From Eledone cirrhosa (lineage: Eukaryota): a stretch of 64,000 nucleotides of DNA. Of this stretch, positions 1-13,109 are shown in pieces (positions within the stretch are counted from its first letter, which is position 1; the number at the start of each line of letters is the position of its first letter). A program made the translations under genes and the position numbers. The stretch covers positions 339,326,001-339,390,000 of the forward strand of contig OZ024740.1 of assembly GCA_964016885.1 (NCBI GenBank), written 5' to 3'. The notes beneath the pieces are model-generated. The model was not told the DNA's origin, made no database searches, and saw nothing but the letters and a program-made list of their open reading frames with translations.

Positions 1-107
1 GTGACTAGTGTGTATAGTGTTGTGTCTGCTAGGTGACTAGTGTGTGTTTATGTGCTTGTGTATGTATTTATTTATCTTATTTTATTTTATTTAATTTACT
101 TATTTAT

Positions 108-470
108 TTATACTTCTCTTAGGTCAGTGTTGTTTGTTTGGGTGTTGTTGTTGTTCCACTCATTCTTTCTGTTTAGCTTTGGTCTTCTAATTTCTATTTC
201 ACTGGCCTCTCTGATTTGCCTATCTGCTGGGTCATTCCTATGTTTAGATATTATTCTAATTTCTATGTTGTCTATGTTACCGTCATGATGTTGTCTAGCA
301 TGTTCGTATAGTACTGACCCGTTTTTTCGTCCTTTTAGTTCCCCCCAGTGTTGGTCTATCCTTTCACCTATGCTACGAGCTGTCTCACCTATGTATGTTG
401 TTGTCGTGTTTCTGCAAGTACCCTCTGTACATCTTATGCTATAGACTACGTTTCTAGTTTTACATGCGCA
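108..470 (-). pseudogene. Penelope-like element (PLE) GIY-YIG endonuclease, C-terminal fragment (5'-truncated)
   Basis: ORF 108..503(-) contains CKTRNVVYSIRC..C....YIGET.R.IGERI.QH....S.LYEH...HH....E...I...PKLN, the typical PLE GIY-YIG pattern. The first ~12 codons are inverted UTR sequence, not native. Confidence 0.9.
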
Positions 471-1839
<1,369 letters not shown>

Positions 1840-1885
1840 TATATATATATATTGGAAAATGTGTGTAATCCTTGGTACAGTTAGG

Positions 1886-2097
1886 TATATTAAGACAGGG
1901 GGGAAGAAAAAATGGCTTCACTTGTGCTTTCAACAAATTTATCTTCTTCACAAAATCCCCAAAAATTTTTTTTCTTAAAAAAAATTAAAAAATTTTTTTT
2001 CTAATCCGGAAAAAAATTCTTTTGGGATTTTGTGAAGAAAATAAATTTGTTGAAAGCACAAGTGAAGCCATTTTTTCTTCCCCCCTGTCTTAATATA
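1886..2097. repeat. Fold-back inverted repeat (~85-bp arms), possible MITE
   Basis: tatattaagacaggggggaagaaaaaatggcttcacttgtgctttcaacaaatttat... is reverse-complemented at 2041-2097. Confidence 0.9.
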
Positions 2098-2185
2098 TAT
2101 ATATATATATACGTATATGTGAGTGTCAGGTTCAATCAAGGCTGACCACAGTAAAGTACTCAATACATTAGTAGAGTATATACAA

Positions 2186-2279
2186 AATTTAATATAGAAA
2201 TGGCATCTACAGGATTATTTGAAGGAAATCATCAAATGAAACAGATCTAGTCCTGTAGAAGCCATTTCTATATTAAATT
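2186..2279. repeat. 29-bp inverted repeat enclosing a decayed hammerhead-like core
   Basis: aatttaatatagaaatggcatctacagga / tcctgtagaagccatttctatattaaatt. The loop contains ttgaagg...GAAAcagaTC. A related sequence lies at 48241-48305(-). Confidence 0.75.
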
Positions 2280-2290
2280 ATATATATGAT

Positions 2291-2428
2291 AATTGTTTCT
2301 ACTTTTGACACAAGGCCAGCAATTACCCAGTGCATTGCTAGTACTTTATTTTATTGACCCCGTAAGGATGAAAGGCAAAGTTAACCTCGGCGGGATTTGA
2401 ACATAAAATGGCAAGGGCCATAACTCTA
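2291..2428 (-). mobile_element. tRNA-derived SINE family A (MetaSINE-like central domain), partial
   Basis: Reverse complement of gttcaaatcccgccgaggttaactttgcctttcatcctt..gataaaataaagtac..gtagaaacaatt, as in the full copy at 39148. Confidence 0.85.
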
Positions 2429-2498
2429 TAATGATATATACATAACAAGGAAAGCAGATGTTAAAACAACATATCATCATCATCATTATTTATATCCA

Positions 2499-2596
2499 CT
2501 TAACTTTGCCTTTCATCCTTACAGGGTTGATAAAATAAAGTACCAATAATGCACTGGGTAATTGCTGGCCTTGTGCAAAAAGTAGAAACAATTATT
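2499..2596 (+). mobile_element. SINE family A, 3' half
   Basis: ttaactttgcctttcatccttacagggttgataaaataaagtacc...agtagaaacaattatt. Confidence 0.85.
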
Positions 2597-2688
2597 TATA
2601 TCCACTTTTTCTTATTTACTTGCTATATGTATTAAGTGGTTATTCAGTTTAGCTGTTTCTAAATACTCTCATACATAAAATACCCCAA

Positions 2689-2947
2689 TTAATCCTTTTG
2701 ATACTAGATTGCCTGAAACTGTCTCTGGTATTATGGTACAGAACTGCCTGCTGTTCATACTTATACTAAAACATTCCATAATTTTATCATATAAAAGCCT
2801 ATTCTATTAGGTAATGTTCCAATCTCCAGCTTGATATTCAAAAAATTAAGCTATGTTACTAAATTCCTCCAAATTCATCAATATTTTCGAAATTAATTGT
2901 AATATAAGGGCTGTGTATTTCATTAGAAATGTGGTAACAAGAGTTAA
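2689..2947. mobile_element. TTAA-flanked (piggyBac-type) MITE, family 1, decayed
   Basis: TTAA at both ends. Internal similarity to 18656-18909, ~36470-36671 and 39843-40094. Confidence 0.6.
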
Positions 2948-3734
2948 TATATACATATACACACATCTGTTAGTGAAACAGAACTATCGGTAAAATATAC
3001 AAGAAGTTGACATGGTGAAACATATTGTAATTTACTTTGTGATGGTTCTCAATTTCCAATATTGATTCTGAGCCAAATTTTCTTTCCTTAACCAAGATCA
3101 AGACCAAGTGAATTTATTATTTTCTGATATAAATAGGGGGAGATGGTGATGGTGGTTGGAGTTGGAGTGGTGATGGTGGTTGTGGTGGTGGTGGTGGTGA
3201 AAGATAAACATGCTCATTTATATATTTGAATAATGTTGTAAGCAAATGGTTCCCAACTTTATTTTGTTACAGAACTCTCATATTATTTTCTAAAGATTGC
3301 AGAAACTATATCTTTGTATTCTTTTACTGGCTTCAGTCATTAGATTGTAGCCATGCTTGGCACCATCTTAAAGGGATTTATTAGATCCTATCAACCCAAA
3401 TTTGCCTTTCATCCTTTCGAGGTTGATAAAGCAAAAACCCACCAGTCTAGTACTGAGGTCGATTCTTCCTCTATATTTCTTTCTCATTTCCTCTCTCTCA
3501 CTTTCTATTTATCTCTGTAGAAATTTCTTTATGGATGTTATTAAAAGATACTTTATCTTGTGAAAGTCTAGAATCTTTTTAAAGAAACATGGGATCTTAG
3601 AACCCATTTTAAGAAACACTGTTATAGACTGCCTTTGTCTTGTAAAGGTATTCCACTTACTCAATCACTTCCTCATTGACACACTCAGACAAGTGTAAGA
3701 CAGTAAACCTCTATTTTCATGTTTTCACTCTCTC

Positions 3735-4388
3735 ATCATCATCACTGTCATCATCATCATCATCATTGTCATCATTATCATCATCATCATCGTTTAACGT
3801 CTATCTTCCACACTAGCATGGGTTAGATGGGAATTGTCCCACTTGAGGCTAGATTGATTGGGTGACCATGTCTTGGTCATATAGGACTGTATCTGGCAGG
3901 TTTTCTATGGCTGGATGCCCTTCCTAACACCAACCACATGTACAGTATGGACTGGGAGTCTTTTTACCGAGTCTCCTACATTACAGCATGGACTGTGTTT
4001 TTTTTTTTTTGTTGTGACACCTACACAACCTCTTTAGATTGGACTGGGTGTTATGGTACTAAAATAACTTTACAGAGAAAGGGTGGTGTTGGTGGGAGTG
4101 GGAGGATGGAGTAGGGGTAGTTGGTTGGGGAGTATATTTGGTTAAGAGGTGCCTACTGACTGTAGGTTTAACTTTGTACATAGGGAAGGTGGGTCTTCTG
4201 TATTACTGCGTAGCGCCAAAGATCTTGATCCAGTGACATTGTCTTAGAGAGGTGTAAGTGTGCAAGGTCAGATTTTATTATGTCATTCCAGCTTTTTCTG
4301 GGTCTACCTACTCCATAACTTCTATCAATTTTGATCACCCTGCACTTTTTTGTACAGCTGTCGTCTTCCATGCACATCACATGACCAT
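3735..4388 (-). mobile_element. RTE LINE 3' fragment with (GAT)n tail
   Basis: ORF 4168-4380 (EDDSCTKKC..GVGRPRKSW.D.IK.DL..L.L...M..D..LWR) matches the C-terminus of the 29027-30541 ORF. 3'UTR motif ggctggatgcccttcctaac is present. Confidence 0.9.
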
Positions 4389-5496
4389 TTTTTTTTTATC
4401 AGATAGTAGGTTGAAATTTTAAGTAGATTTGTTTGTCCTTTTTAGCAAGTTAAGCAGCTCCATAGAAAATACTTTGTTGAATATGAACATTAACAGCAGC
4501 ACCAGCATCACTATATTCATCATCATCACCATATTCATCATCATCACCATATTCATCATCATCATCATCATATTCAACATAATCTGCCTAAATATTACCA
4601 TCACATCATTATCCTCATTCATCATTATCTACATTTTCATCATCATTATAAATATTTGATTGAGATATTTACAAGATAAAAACTTCTACAATATATATAT
4701 AAAATTTAAATAATATATGAAAACAAAAGTGTCCTTCATCATCAGAGATACTCGCCACATCTGTACAGATATAAAATTTGATAAACTGAAACTTTGTAGA
4801 ATTAGCATTCATGGTGTAGATTATAATCTATTAATAATTCCATATAGTAATGTTAGTATTTTGATAGTCATTCATGTATAATTGGATAAAGAAGATTCAG
4901 GAAGAAAATTATGTTACATAGCAAAGAGATGAAACAAAATGAAGAAAGAAAAATATTAACAATAAAAACTGTAAAAATTTATTGATTCTTTATTATTACA
5001 GCTTTCATCATCACCATCAATATCATCATTCTCATTATCATTATTACCACCATCATCACCATCAACATCATAATCACCATCGTTACTATTGACATTATCA
5101 TCATCATCTTCGTTTTATGGCTGTCTTTTTTCCCTGACTAAATTGGATGTTGTTTTTGACACAGCTTCTCTATGGTCAGATATCCTTTCTGATACCACCA
5201 GCCCATACCTTATTTACAAGAATGTTATATACTGTCCACGTTCATTGAAATGTTACACTGTTGAATATATTTCTTACAGGGAACATAAATGTTACCATTG
5301 ACTATAAGCATTGTCAGTAACAAACACACAATTAATATGTTCAGTAAACAATAGTAAAATAAAATTGAATTAGTTGGTGGGGGCTTACTAAAATGTGTGA
5401 TTATATCATATTTATAATACATAACTATAACAACAAACCATTAACATTGATTATTTGGTTGTTGTATCTGTGAGTCATCTTTATATATATATATAT

Positions 5497-5817
5497 CTAG
5501 GGCGGATAAAATTCCCGAGATCCATGGATGAGTTCTCTCCAGCGGTCTCTGTTCCTCATCATCGCTGCCATGTCCTGTGTCTCCAAGAGACCATTGTCTG
5601 TCCTTAGGGCATCAACATATGTCAACCTCGGTCTCCCTCTTCTAGTGTTTCAATGCAGGGGATCTCACTGGAGTACTGAGTGCAGTGTCAACTCTGGATG
5701 TCGGTGAGCATGTCCAGCTAACCTCAGTTCCCTCCGTGCTACTCTCGAGCTGACTTTTGGAAGGCTCCTGTACAGCTCTGAGTTCTTCATCATCAGTGTA
5801 TACTGATTAATGTTCAG
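5497..5817 (-). pseudogene. RTE/RTEX-clade LINE ORF2 C-terminal fragment (different family), two in-frame stops
   Basis: Manual translation: LNINQYTLMMKNSELYRSLPKVSSRVARRELRLAGHAHRHPELTLHSVLQ*DPLH*NTRRGRPRLTYVDALRTDNGLLETQDMAAMMRNRDRWRELIHGSREFYPP*. Confidence 0.85.
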
Positions 5818-5844
5818 TCACATATATATACACACACACACACA

Positions 5845-6003
5845 CATGACAGGCTTCATTTACAGTTTCTCATCTGCCAAATTCACTCACGAGGCATTGG
5901 TTTGTCTGAAGCTTTAGTGGAAGACATTTGTCAAAAATGCCACAGTAGAATGGAGCCCAAAACCATGTGGCTGCAAAGCAAACTTTTTAACCATGCAACC
6001 ATG
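5845..6003 (-). mobile_element. tRNA-derived SINE family C (other copies ~12585-12750, 25685-25800, 36980-37160(+), 38430-38590, 43255-43420, 60770-60910, 63722-63856)
   Basis: Shared cagtttc..tctaccaaattcactcacaaggc.ttgg...gaagacacttg..caagg..cc...accatgtggttgcaaagcaaact.tttaaccac consensus. Confidence 0.8.
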
Positions 6004-6647
6004 TTTGAATATCTTACTGTAAATATCCAATGAGGTATATACATTCTTTTCATTCTTTTACTTGTTTCAGTCATACGACTTTGGCTATGCTGTGACACTG
6101 ACTTTAATGGGTTTTAGTTCATCATAATGACCACATGTTCTTAGTACTTATTTCAGTTTAGCACATGTTTTATCCATTTTTACTTGTCAAACCAATAAAT
6201 TAGAGGAAATAAACAAACACTGGTTTTGTTTTGATCAATGTAAATATGAATACCTTAATCACACATGTACACCAACACATGCATACACAGACATCCTAAG
6301 GCCAGAAGCCCTTCCTACTTCAACTATTTCAACTATCATCTGTTGTTTTTAAATAAAGTATGAATTTTTGCATAACTAACAGCTGAACATGGGGACCTTT
6401 GTATACAGGAAATCTAAATAAATATAACTCTTGGAATGTTGAATATGAAGAGAAAAGTAGAGAAACAACAAACAAATGCACAAAGACACACACACACTCA
6501 TACACACACACACATATATGTATATCAAGATAGATACAGTAAGAAAATGGTTCGAGCATTACTCACCAAAGTACACGATACTTGGGATAGTAGAGTATAG
6601 TTATATGATGGCTGAACTCATGCCATTTCAACAGTTAGTTCCAGACA

Positions 6648-7039
6648 TCTGGCATGACCATCTTCCCGATCCGCAGTGGCAAACCCCTCGTCTGGGATGC
6701 CACTTGCACCGACACTTTCTGCAGCCGCAACCTGGTGCAGTCTGTGACTGACCCAGGTTCTGCTGCACATCGGGCTGAGGGGGCCAAACTCCTCAAATAC
6801 CGGTTGCCTCCGACAGGTTTGCGGTCGTTCCCCTGGCAGTGGAAACTTCTTGTGTCCTCGGCCCCAGGGCTACCTCCTTACTCACCACCATAGGCGCTGA
6901 GCTGGTCAGCTATAGGAGTGAGCCCCGAGAGTTGGAGTGCCTTTTCCAGCGCGTCTCCCTTGCCGTCCTCCGGGGAAACACCTTCTCCATTCTGTCCGCC
7001 GGGGCTGTGGGTGGGCCCCATCGTGTGCCATTACATTAG
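6648..7039 (+). pseudogene. CRE-clade non-LTR retrotransposon restriction-like endonuclease (RLE) C-terminus, frameshifted
   Basis: GMTIFP..SGKPLVWDATCTDT...AAHRAEGAKLLKY, then a frameshift near 6810 into VPLAVET..LGP...LFQRVSLAVLRGN..SIL. GC-rich island. Confidence 0.85.
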
Positions 7040-7938
7040 TTAAATACCATTATATAAACAGTTATATTATGACTAGAACCATAGAACTCAAGATCGTGAG
7101 GTTGTGAAGTGAACTTCTTAAGCACACAGTTATGCAACATTCTAGATTATTAGATATTTTGGCTTCTATGTTTTCAACACTTGTTATTTTATCATAAGAT
7201 ATAAAATAAAAAAATTTAAAAAAACATTAACAAATCATTTCTATACACATTCAGTTCAATTTCTCATTCAAGTAGGTTTATCTTAACATTTGAAACATTC
7301 CTTAACAAAAAAAACAAAAAGAAAAAAAAAAGAACCTTAATCTTGAAATTTAAGAGAATTAACATCTTTAGCTTGCTTAAATCAATTACTCTTTGTTTTA
7401 ATTAATTTTCAGTATGTTTAATTATTTATAATCTTAATGTTGTTTAAGCTTATCTTTGCCTTCTGCAATGAAATATTGAACCTCTACTTCACCTCTGCTT
7501 CCATCATCCTCTGAATTACCTGAAGTTGGGAATGACATTAACTGTATGTCATCACCACTACCATTATCATCAACATCATTGTTGTTATGATAATCATCCT
7601 TTCTCCAGCTTTCTCTCTTTCCTCATCAACATCATCATTTGCTTTTCCTCATTATTATTATCGAAATCTCCTTGTACCTCCCCCTTTATATCATATTGAC
7701 ACTCATTATCATCATCATCATAATCATCATCTGGATCTTCATGATCAACAGTCGCTATCACTTCTATTATCATCATCATCTGTGATGATATGGAAACATT
7801 AGATTGATACAAATTTGATAATCAAATTTCCTCCAGAAGTGACTTTTAACAATTTGCAAACAGTCGACATTTTAATTAAGGTTTATATTGGTTAATTTTT
7901 TTAACCGTTTGAAACTTTTCTTATCTATATATACCTAT

Positions 7939-7983
<45 letters not shown>

Positions 7984-8730
7984 AGTTAATATAAATAAAT
8001 ATATGATCAACACTTATGTGTTTTTATTGTAAATTGACAATAAATTAGCTAGAATTAAATATCTTAATTCAAATACATATAGTCTGCCTGTATCGATCTA
8101 AAAAATAGTAAATCTATACTCACAGACGTATATCGGCAATGGCCTTGGTGCCTATACAAGTTTAAATTTCAAAATTCAAACCTTTTCCGCAGATCAGTCC
8201 GAAACTCAAAACGTAAACCTGTTTCACAAAGGATGGTATAATATTGACATAAATTAATTAATTGTGAAATAATTAATTTTGTGTGATTCTCAATAGTCAC
8301 CCAGAAAAATTAAAGTTACTTCACCTCGGAGAAATATCTAAGGTCTGGTTTATCGTATGCTAAATACATGTGCTTTTGCACACGATTACTTCAAGCATTC
8401 TAGCTCATACTCATGGCGCTAGAAATAACAGCCGTTTATATGGGATTACGAATTCAGCTCGACCGAGGAAGCAGTTGTATAATATAATTTAGAGTTTACA
8501 TTCAGGGGTCAATTACAATTATTTAGCTCTAAGAAAGAAGCATTTCTGAGCAGTACAATACATTAGTTAATATAAATAAATATATGGTCAACACTTATGT
8601 GATTTTATTTAGTTAATATAAATAAATATATGATCAACACTTATGTGTATTGTACTGCTCAGAAATGCTTCTTTCTTAGAGCTAAATAATTGTAATTGAC
8701 CCCTGAGTGTAAACTCTAAATTATATTATA
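7984..8730. repeat. Unit with terminal restarts (7984, 8565, 8611) followed by an inverted copy (8646-8730) of 8478-8562
   Basis: agttaatataaataaatatatg(a/g)tcaacacttatgtg occurs three times. The ~85-bp inverted arm has 1 visible mismatch. Confidence 0.9.
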
Positions 8731-9074
8731 TTATTTCGTTTCTGAATTTGTTTAGCAAGATTCTTTATCTGAAATCGTGTGTTGAAACCGATATTGTTAT
8801 ACTTTGGGAGGGTCATGTTGCCAATAAACAAAATGGCGTAGGACAGAAGAAAGGAAAGGCACAGAAACAAAGAAAGGAATCCCCAGTCACTGAAGAGGTC
8901 ACAGAGTGTGTGACGAAAGGACTATGACTATATATAAACAACTATCTGGTTGTGGAACCAACCAACCAACCAGAAATTTATAAATTTATAAATTTATTAT
9001 AATAAATTGAAGTGAAAGCAACTGGTGCGTGTGTTTCTTATTGGCAACATGACCCTCCCAAAGTATAACAATAT
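8731..9074 (+). mobile_element. PLE pseudo-LTR remnant with inverted terminal segment
   Basis: Perfect 37-bp inverted repeat (8791-8827 / 9038-9074) and an internal hammerhead. Shares aaaatggcgtag and the terminal motif with 541-840. Confidence 0.75.
8885..8929 (+). ncRNA. Minimal type I hammerhead ribozyme motif
   Basis: agtca CTGAAGA g gtcac-agagtgt-gtgac GAAA g-ga-c TA tgact: 5-bp stem I, 5-bp stem II, complete core, minimal stem III, CUA cleavage triplet. Confidence 0.8.
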
Positions 9075-9142
9075 ATATATGTATATATATGTATATATAT
9101 GTATATATATATATGTATATATGTATATATATATATGTATAT

Positions 9143-9202
<60 letters not shown>

Positions 9203-9547
9203 ATGTATGTATATATGTATATATATATGTATATATATGTATATATATATATGTATATATATATATGTATAAATATATGTGTATATATATATATGTATAT
9301 ATATGTATATATATATATGTATATATATATATGTATAAATATATGTGTATATATATATATGTATATATATGTATACATATATATGTGTATATATATATGT
9401 GTATATATATATATATGTATATATATGTATACATATATATGTATACATGTATATGTATATATGTATATGTATATATCTATATATATATGTATATATGTAT
9501 ATATATATATATATGTATGTATATGTATATATATATGTTTATATGTA

Positions 9548-9588
<41 letters not shown>

Positions 9589-9611
9589 ATGTATATATAT
9601 ATGTTTATATG

Positions 9612-9662
<51 letters not shown>
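9071..9662. repeat. Compound (TA)n/(TATG) microsatellite
   Basis: Direct reading; explains the Y/I-rich ORFs. Confidence 0.98.
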
Positions 9663-9664
<2 letters not shown>

Positions 9665-12377
9665 ACGACTCACAGATATGACAACCAAATAATCAGTGTT
9701 ACTGGTTTATTGTTATAGTTATTTATTATAAATGTGATATAACCACATGCTAACAAGCCCCCACGAACTAATTCAATTTTACCTTACTATTGTTTACTGA
9801 AGATATTAATTATCTAATAACTGACACTGCACTACATTGCTGTAGACATAATTACTGATTTTCATATAGATTAATGTTTAATTACACCTTTTTGACACCA
9901 TCTACCTCTCTTCTTCTTATAAAATCAAATATTGCTTTAGTAAAAGGTAAGAAAGTAAATGAGCGGAGATCAGAGATTAAATGATGATTTAAACAATTAA
10001 TTTTGCAACCAACCCACTTGTAATAACATGTATTATTCATAATTTAATTTAATTTCATATTTTGATTACAATGTTTTGTTTCTCTTTTATGATTGTATGT
10101 ACTAAAATCTTAGACAAGCTATTTACACTTATATACTATTAATTTTGGCGTGAAAAATATCAGACTTAAAGTTTCAAGAATTTTTTCAGCTAACATTATT
10201 CAATAGCTATGTCTTTGTCTTATCATAATTGTAGACATTTATTCATATTATTTATAGGAAGACCAAGTGTTAAGTATATGCATTAAGAAAGACATCCAAC
10301 TGTAGAAACTCTTCTAAAATACAGAATGTATGGGTAATATGGGGTTATCTGATGTGATGATCCATTCAACCCATGCAAGTACAGAAAATGGATGTAAAAT
10401 GATGTTGATTATGATTCATGTCTTCTTAAATGATGACCAGTTGAGATGATTGATATATTTGTCATCTCTCACTTGAAATAACTTCTCATTCATTTTCATC
10501 ACCATTTTAAGTCTACTTTCCATGCTGGCATTGATTGGACAAGTTTTTATGGTCTAACCGAGTTCTTATCTAGTTACTACTTCACTGGATAGGTCACAGA
10601 ACAATCTCTCACTCAGACATTCTCTGTCAGGCATGATGTTTGTGGCCAGATGCTCTTGCTACTACCAACCTCTTTGTGAGGTGCACTGGGTGCATTTTAT
10701 CGTTGCATCAATTCTAGAGAGCTTGTCATGTCCCTGTCATGACTAAATAGTCCTCTCTACTCTAATATTATTTTATATATATATGTACTTGCCTCATCAT
10801 AGTTGTAGTCTTTTATTCATTTATATTTATTTCGTTATAAGTGATGGTAGAATATGTTTGACATCTTTGACACTTTTGTACTAAATGATTTCTTTACACA
10901 CTGGTATAAAATACAGAAACTCTGTTTTTTACCTTAAATAACATTTAAAGGTGGATTCTGAGGTCAACTTTACTTTTCATCATTTTGGCTGGGAGATTGA
11001 CTAGATTATTGATGTATTGAGGTGTCTTGCTGTATCTATTCCAGCTTTGAACATTCTGAGTTCAAAATCCCACCTCCTGTTCACTGGAAAAATTGTAACA
11101 TGATAGGATTGGGAGCCCCTATCCTTAAAACATCCAATGAAATAGAGCCCCATAGGAAGTCCACTAAACATATACATGTGTGAGCCATACAACGAATATT
11201 CTGAAGGGAAGTAATAGACATTATTGACAGGAGGGGGGGGCAGATCCAGTGTTTGGTAATATATCAGTGTTAATAATAACCTGATTAGTTAAGATGATAC
11301 AATGGTCTCTCAGGTTATCAGTAAAGGTTTTCATTTTCTTCATGCCAAGACATTTATATTTGATGTAGTTTAATCAGCTGCAGTTTAATCAGCTGGAGTT
11401 AAAATCCCAGGTTCTATTGGGACATTATCTCTAATAGACTATTATTGTATCCAAGGAAAATGTGTATCAATTGATATTTTAAATAATCAAGAACCTAGAA
11501 ATGTTAAATAAATATGCTGCTGTTTGGAACACAGGCTCTTATACAAAATTCAACTTAGAATTATCTTACTAATAACTCATATAATATTAATTTCTTGCAT
11601 AAACACAAGACAGGAAATTTGTAAGGAGAAAATAGTTTATTATATAGACACCAGTATTTAAATTATACTTTATTTCATCAACCCTGATAGGAACTATTGT
11701 GGGATTTAAACTCTGAACACAGTTGACTTTAGTTTCCAAATAATATTGATAAGTCGTACCAACTGATCGGCTGCCAAGTCAAATTACTAGTTTTAGAAAT
11801 CCTTTCACTCTAATGTTTATTTGTTATTTTTCGTTTGATTATAAAATCAAATCATTTGGAATCAAATATATTTTCTTATGTTACTACAAAGAAACGATTA
11901 TATTGTTAGATTGTTCTTTCTTTCTCAGAGCTTAAGTGTATCCTATTTGTTTTTAAGAATTAAAATAAAAAGGAAATAAGAGAAATAAATCTCCGAAAAT
12001 AGTATTAGATTCTTAAAGAGATTGTTTTTGAATTTATATGTTCGTCCACAAAATAGACCTTTCTTTGAACTGTATTCTTTGTCTTTAATAATTCTGATTT
12101 GGTTTTAAATGCTTTTGAAATTATTACATTGATCATCATCATTTTCATCAACAACACCACCATCAGTTTTACATTTATTTTTCTATGCTGGCATAGGTTG
12201 GATGGTTTGTTTTTTTTAAGGCAGGATACCTTTTCAAATGCCAACCCTCACTTGTTTTTAAGTAAGGTACCTTACCAAAGATCTTTGCATGTTTAATTAC
12301 TGAGCAACAGGATCACTGTTTATATAATATAAACAAAAGTCACTGACTATGATGTCAAAGGTAAAGAGAAAAGATTT

Positions 12378-12527
12378 ATCACCTTTCCTGGCGTTGAAGA
12401 CGCTACTTTTTTCCTAAAATAAGTCTCAAAAATCTACCATGCATCCTGGAGGCCGAAGGTCGCTTATTATTTTTTTTTAAATATTTGGTTGCCAAAATTA
12501 GGGTGTATCCTCGAGGAAATACGGTAT
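12378..12527. mobile_element. Tc1/mariner(pogo-like) MITE remnant
   Basis: Right end gaggaaatacggTA. The degenerate left end reads tttcctggcgttgaagacgc. Confidence 0.45.
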
Positions 12528-12849
12528 ATACATGCACACATAGACACACCTATACATATGCACACACTCACACACACACAGACACATATGATAGGCTTTC
12601 TTACAGTTTTCATCTTCCAAATTCACTCCCAAGACATTAGTCAGCCTGACGCTATAGTAAAAATACATTTGCTCAAAGCACCATGCAGTGAAATAAAACC
12701 TAAGACGATGTGGTTATAAAGCAAATTTTTAACTACATATAACTACACTTGGTATTATTAAAGTAGTTTTCAAATACTAAATCAAAACTTTCTACTAATG
12801 TTTTACTACTTTCTTTTGTTTATATATATATATACATATATATATATAT

Positions 12850-13090
12850 TCTTTGAGATGGCCGACTGAATACGCATGTGTATGTTTTTTTCCCCCCAAT
12901 TTTTTTTCCTGATTTCCCCATTCCTTCCTCTCATCACTCTTACTTTCTATTTATCTTCTATTTCTAACTCTGTCTTCTGATGAAGGACTAGTGTCCAAAA
13001 CGTTAAGACTCCCTTCCTGCTATTTCAAGCGTTAAACTAATATATTTCTTCCATGTACTGTGCCGTTTGTTTTGTTATTTTTGTTACATA
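12850..13090 (+). mobile_element. (TA)n-embedded hammerhead-bearing repeat (probable PLE pLTR); truncated second copy at 42027-42130
   Basis: gtccaaaacgttaagac..ttcctgcta..aagcgttaa.ctaatatat..cttccat.tactgt.cc is shared by both loci, each flanked by TA/CA repeats. Confidence 0.75.
12972..13009 (+). ncRNA. Minimal type I hammerhead motif with G12-to-A core substitution
   Basis: gtctt CTGATGA a ggac-tagt-gtcc AAAA cg TT aagac. Palindromic aacgtt stem III. Confidence 0.7.
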
Positions 13091-13109
13091 TATATATATA
13101 TACCTTCAA

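Noticed and set aside
3243-3621. hAT MITE (caaatggttcccaac ... tttaagaaacactg)
   Set aside because: TIR match is weak and no convincing 8-bp TSD
8986-9718. Long Y/I/C/V/M-rich ORFs (also at 20.0, 33.0, 35.1 and 54-57 kb)
   Set aside because: Translations of (TA)n/(TG)n microsatellites
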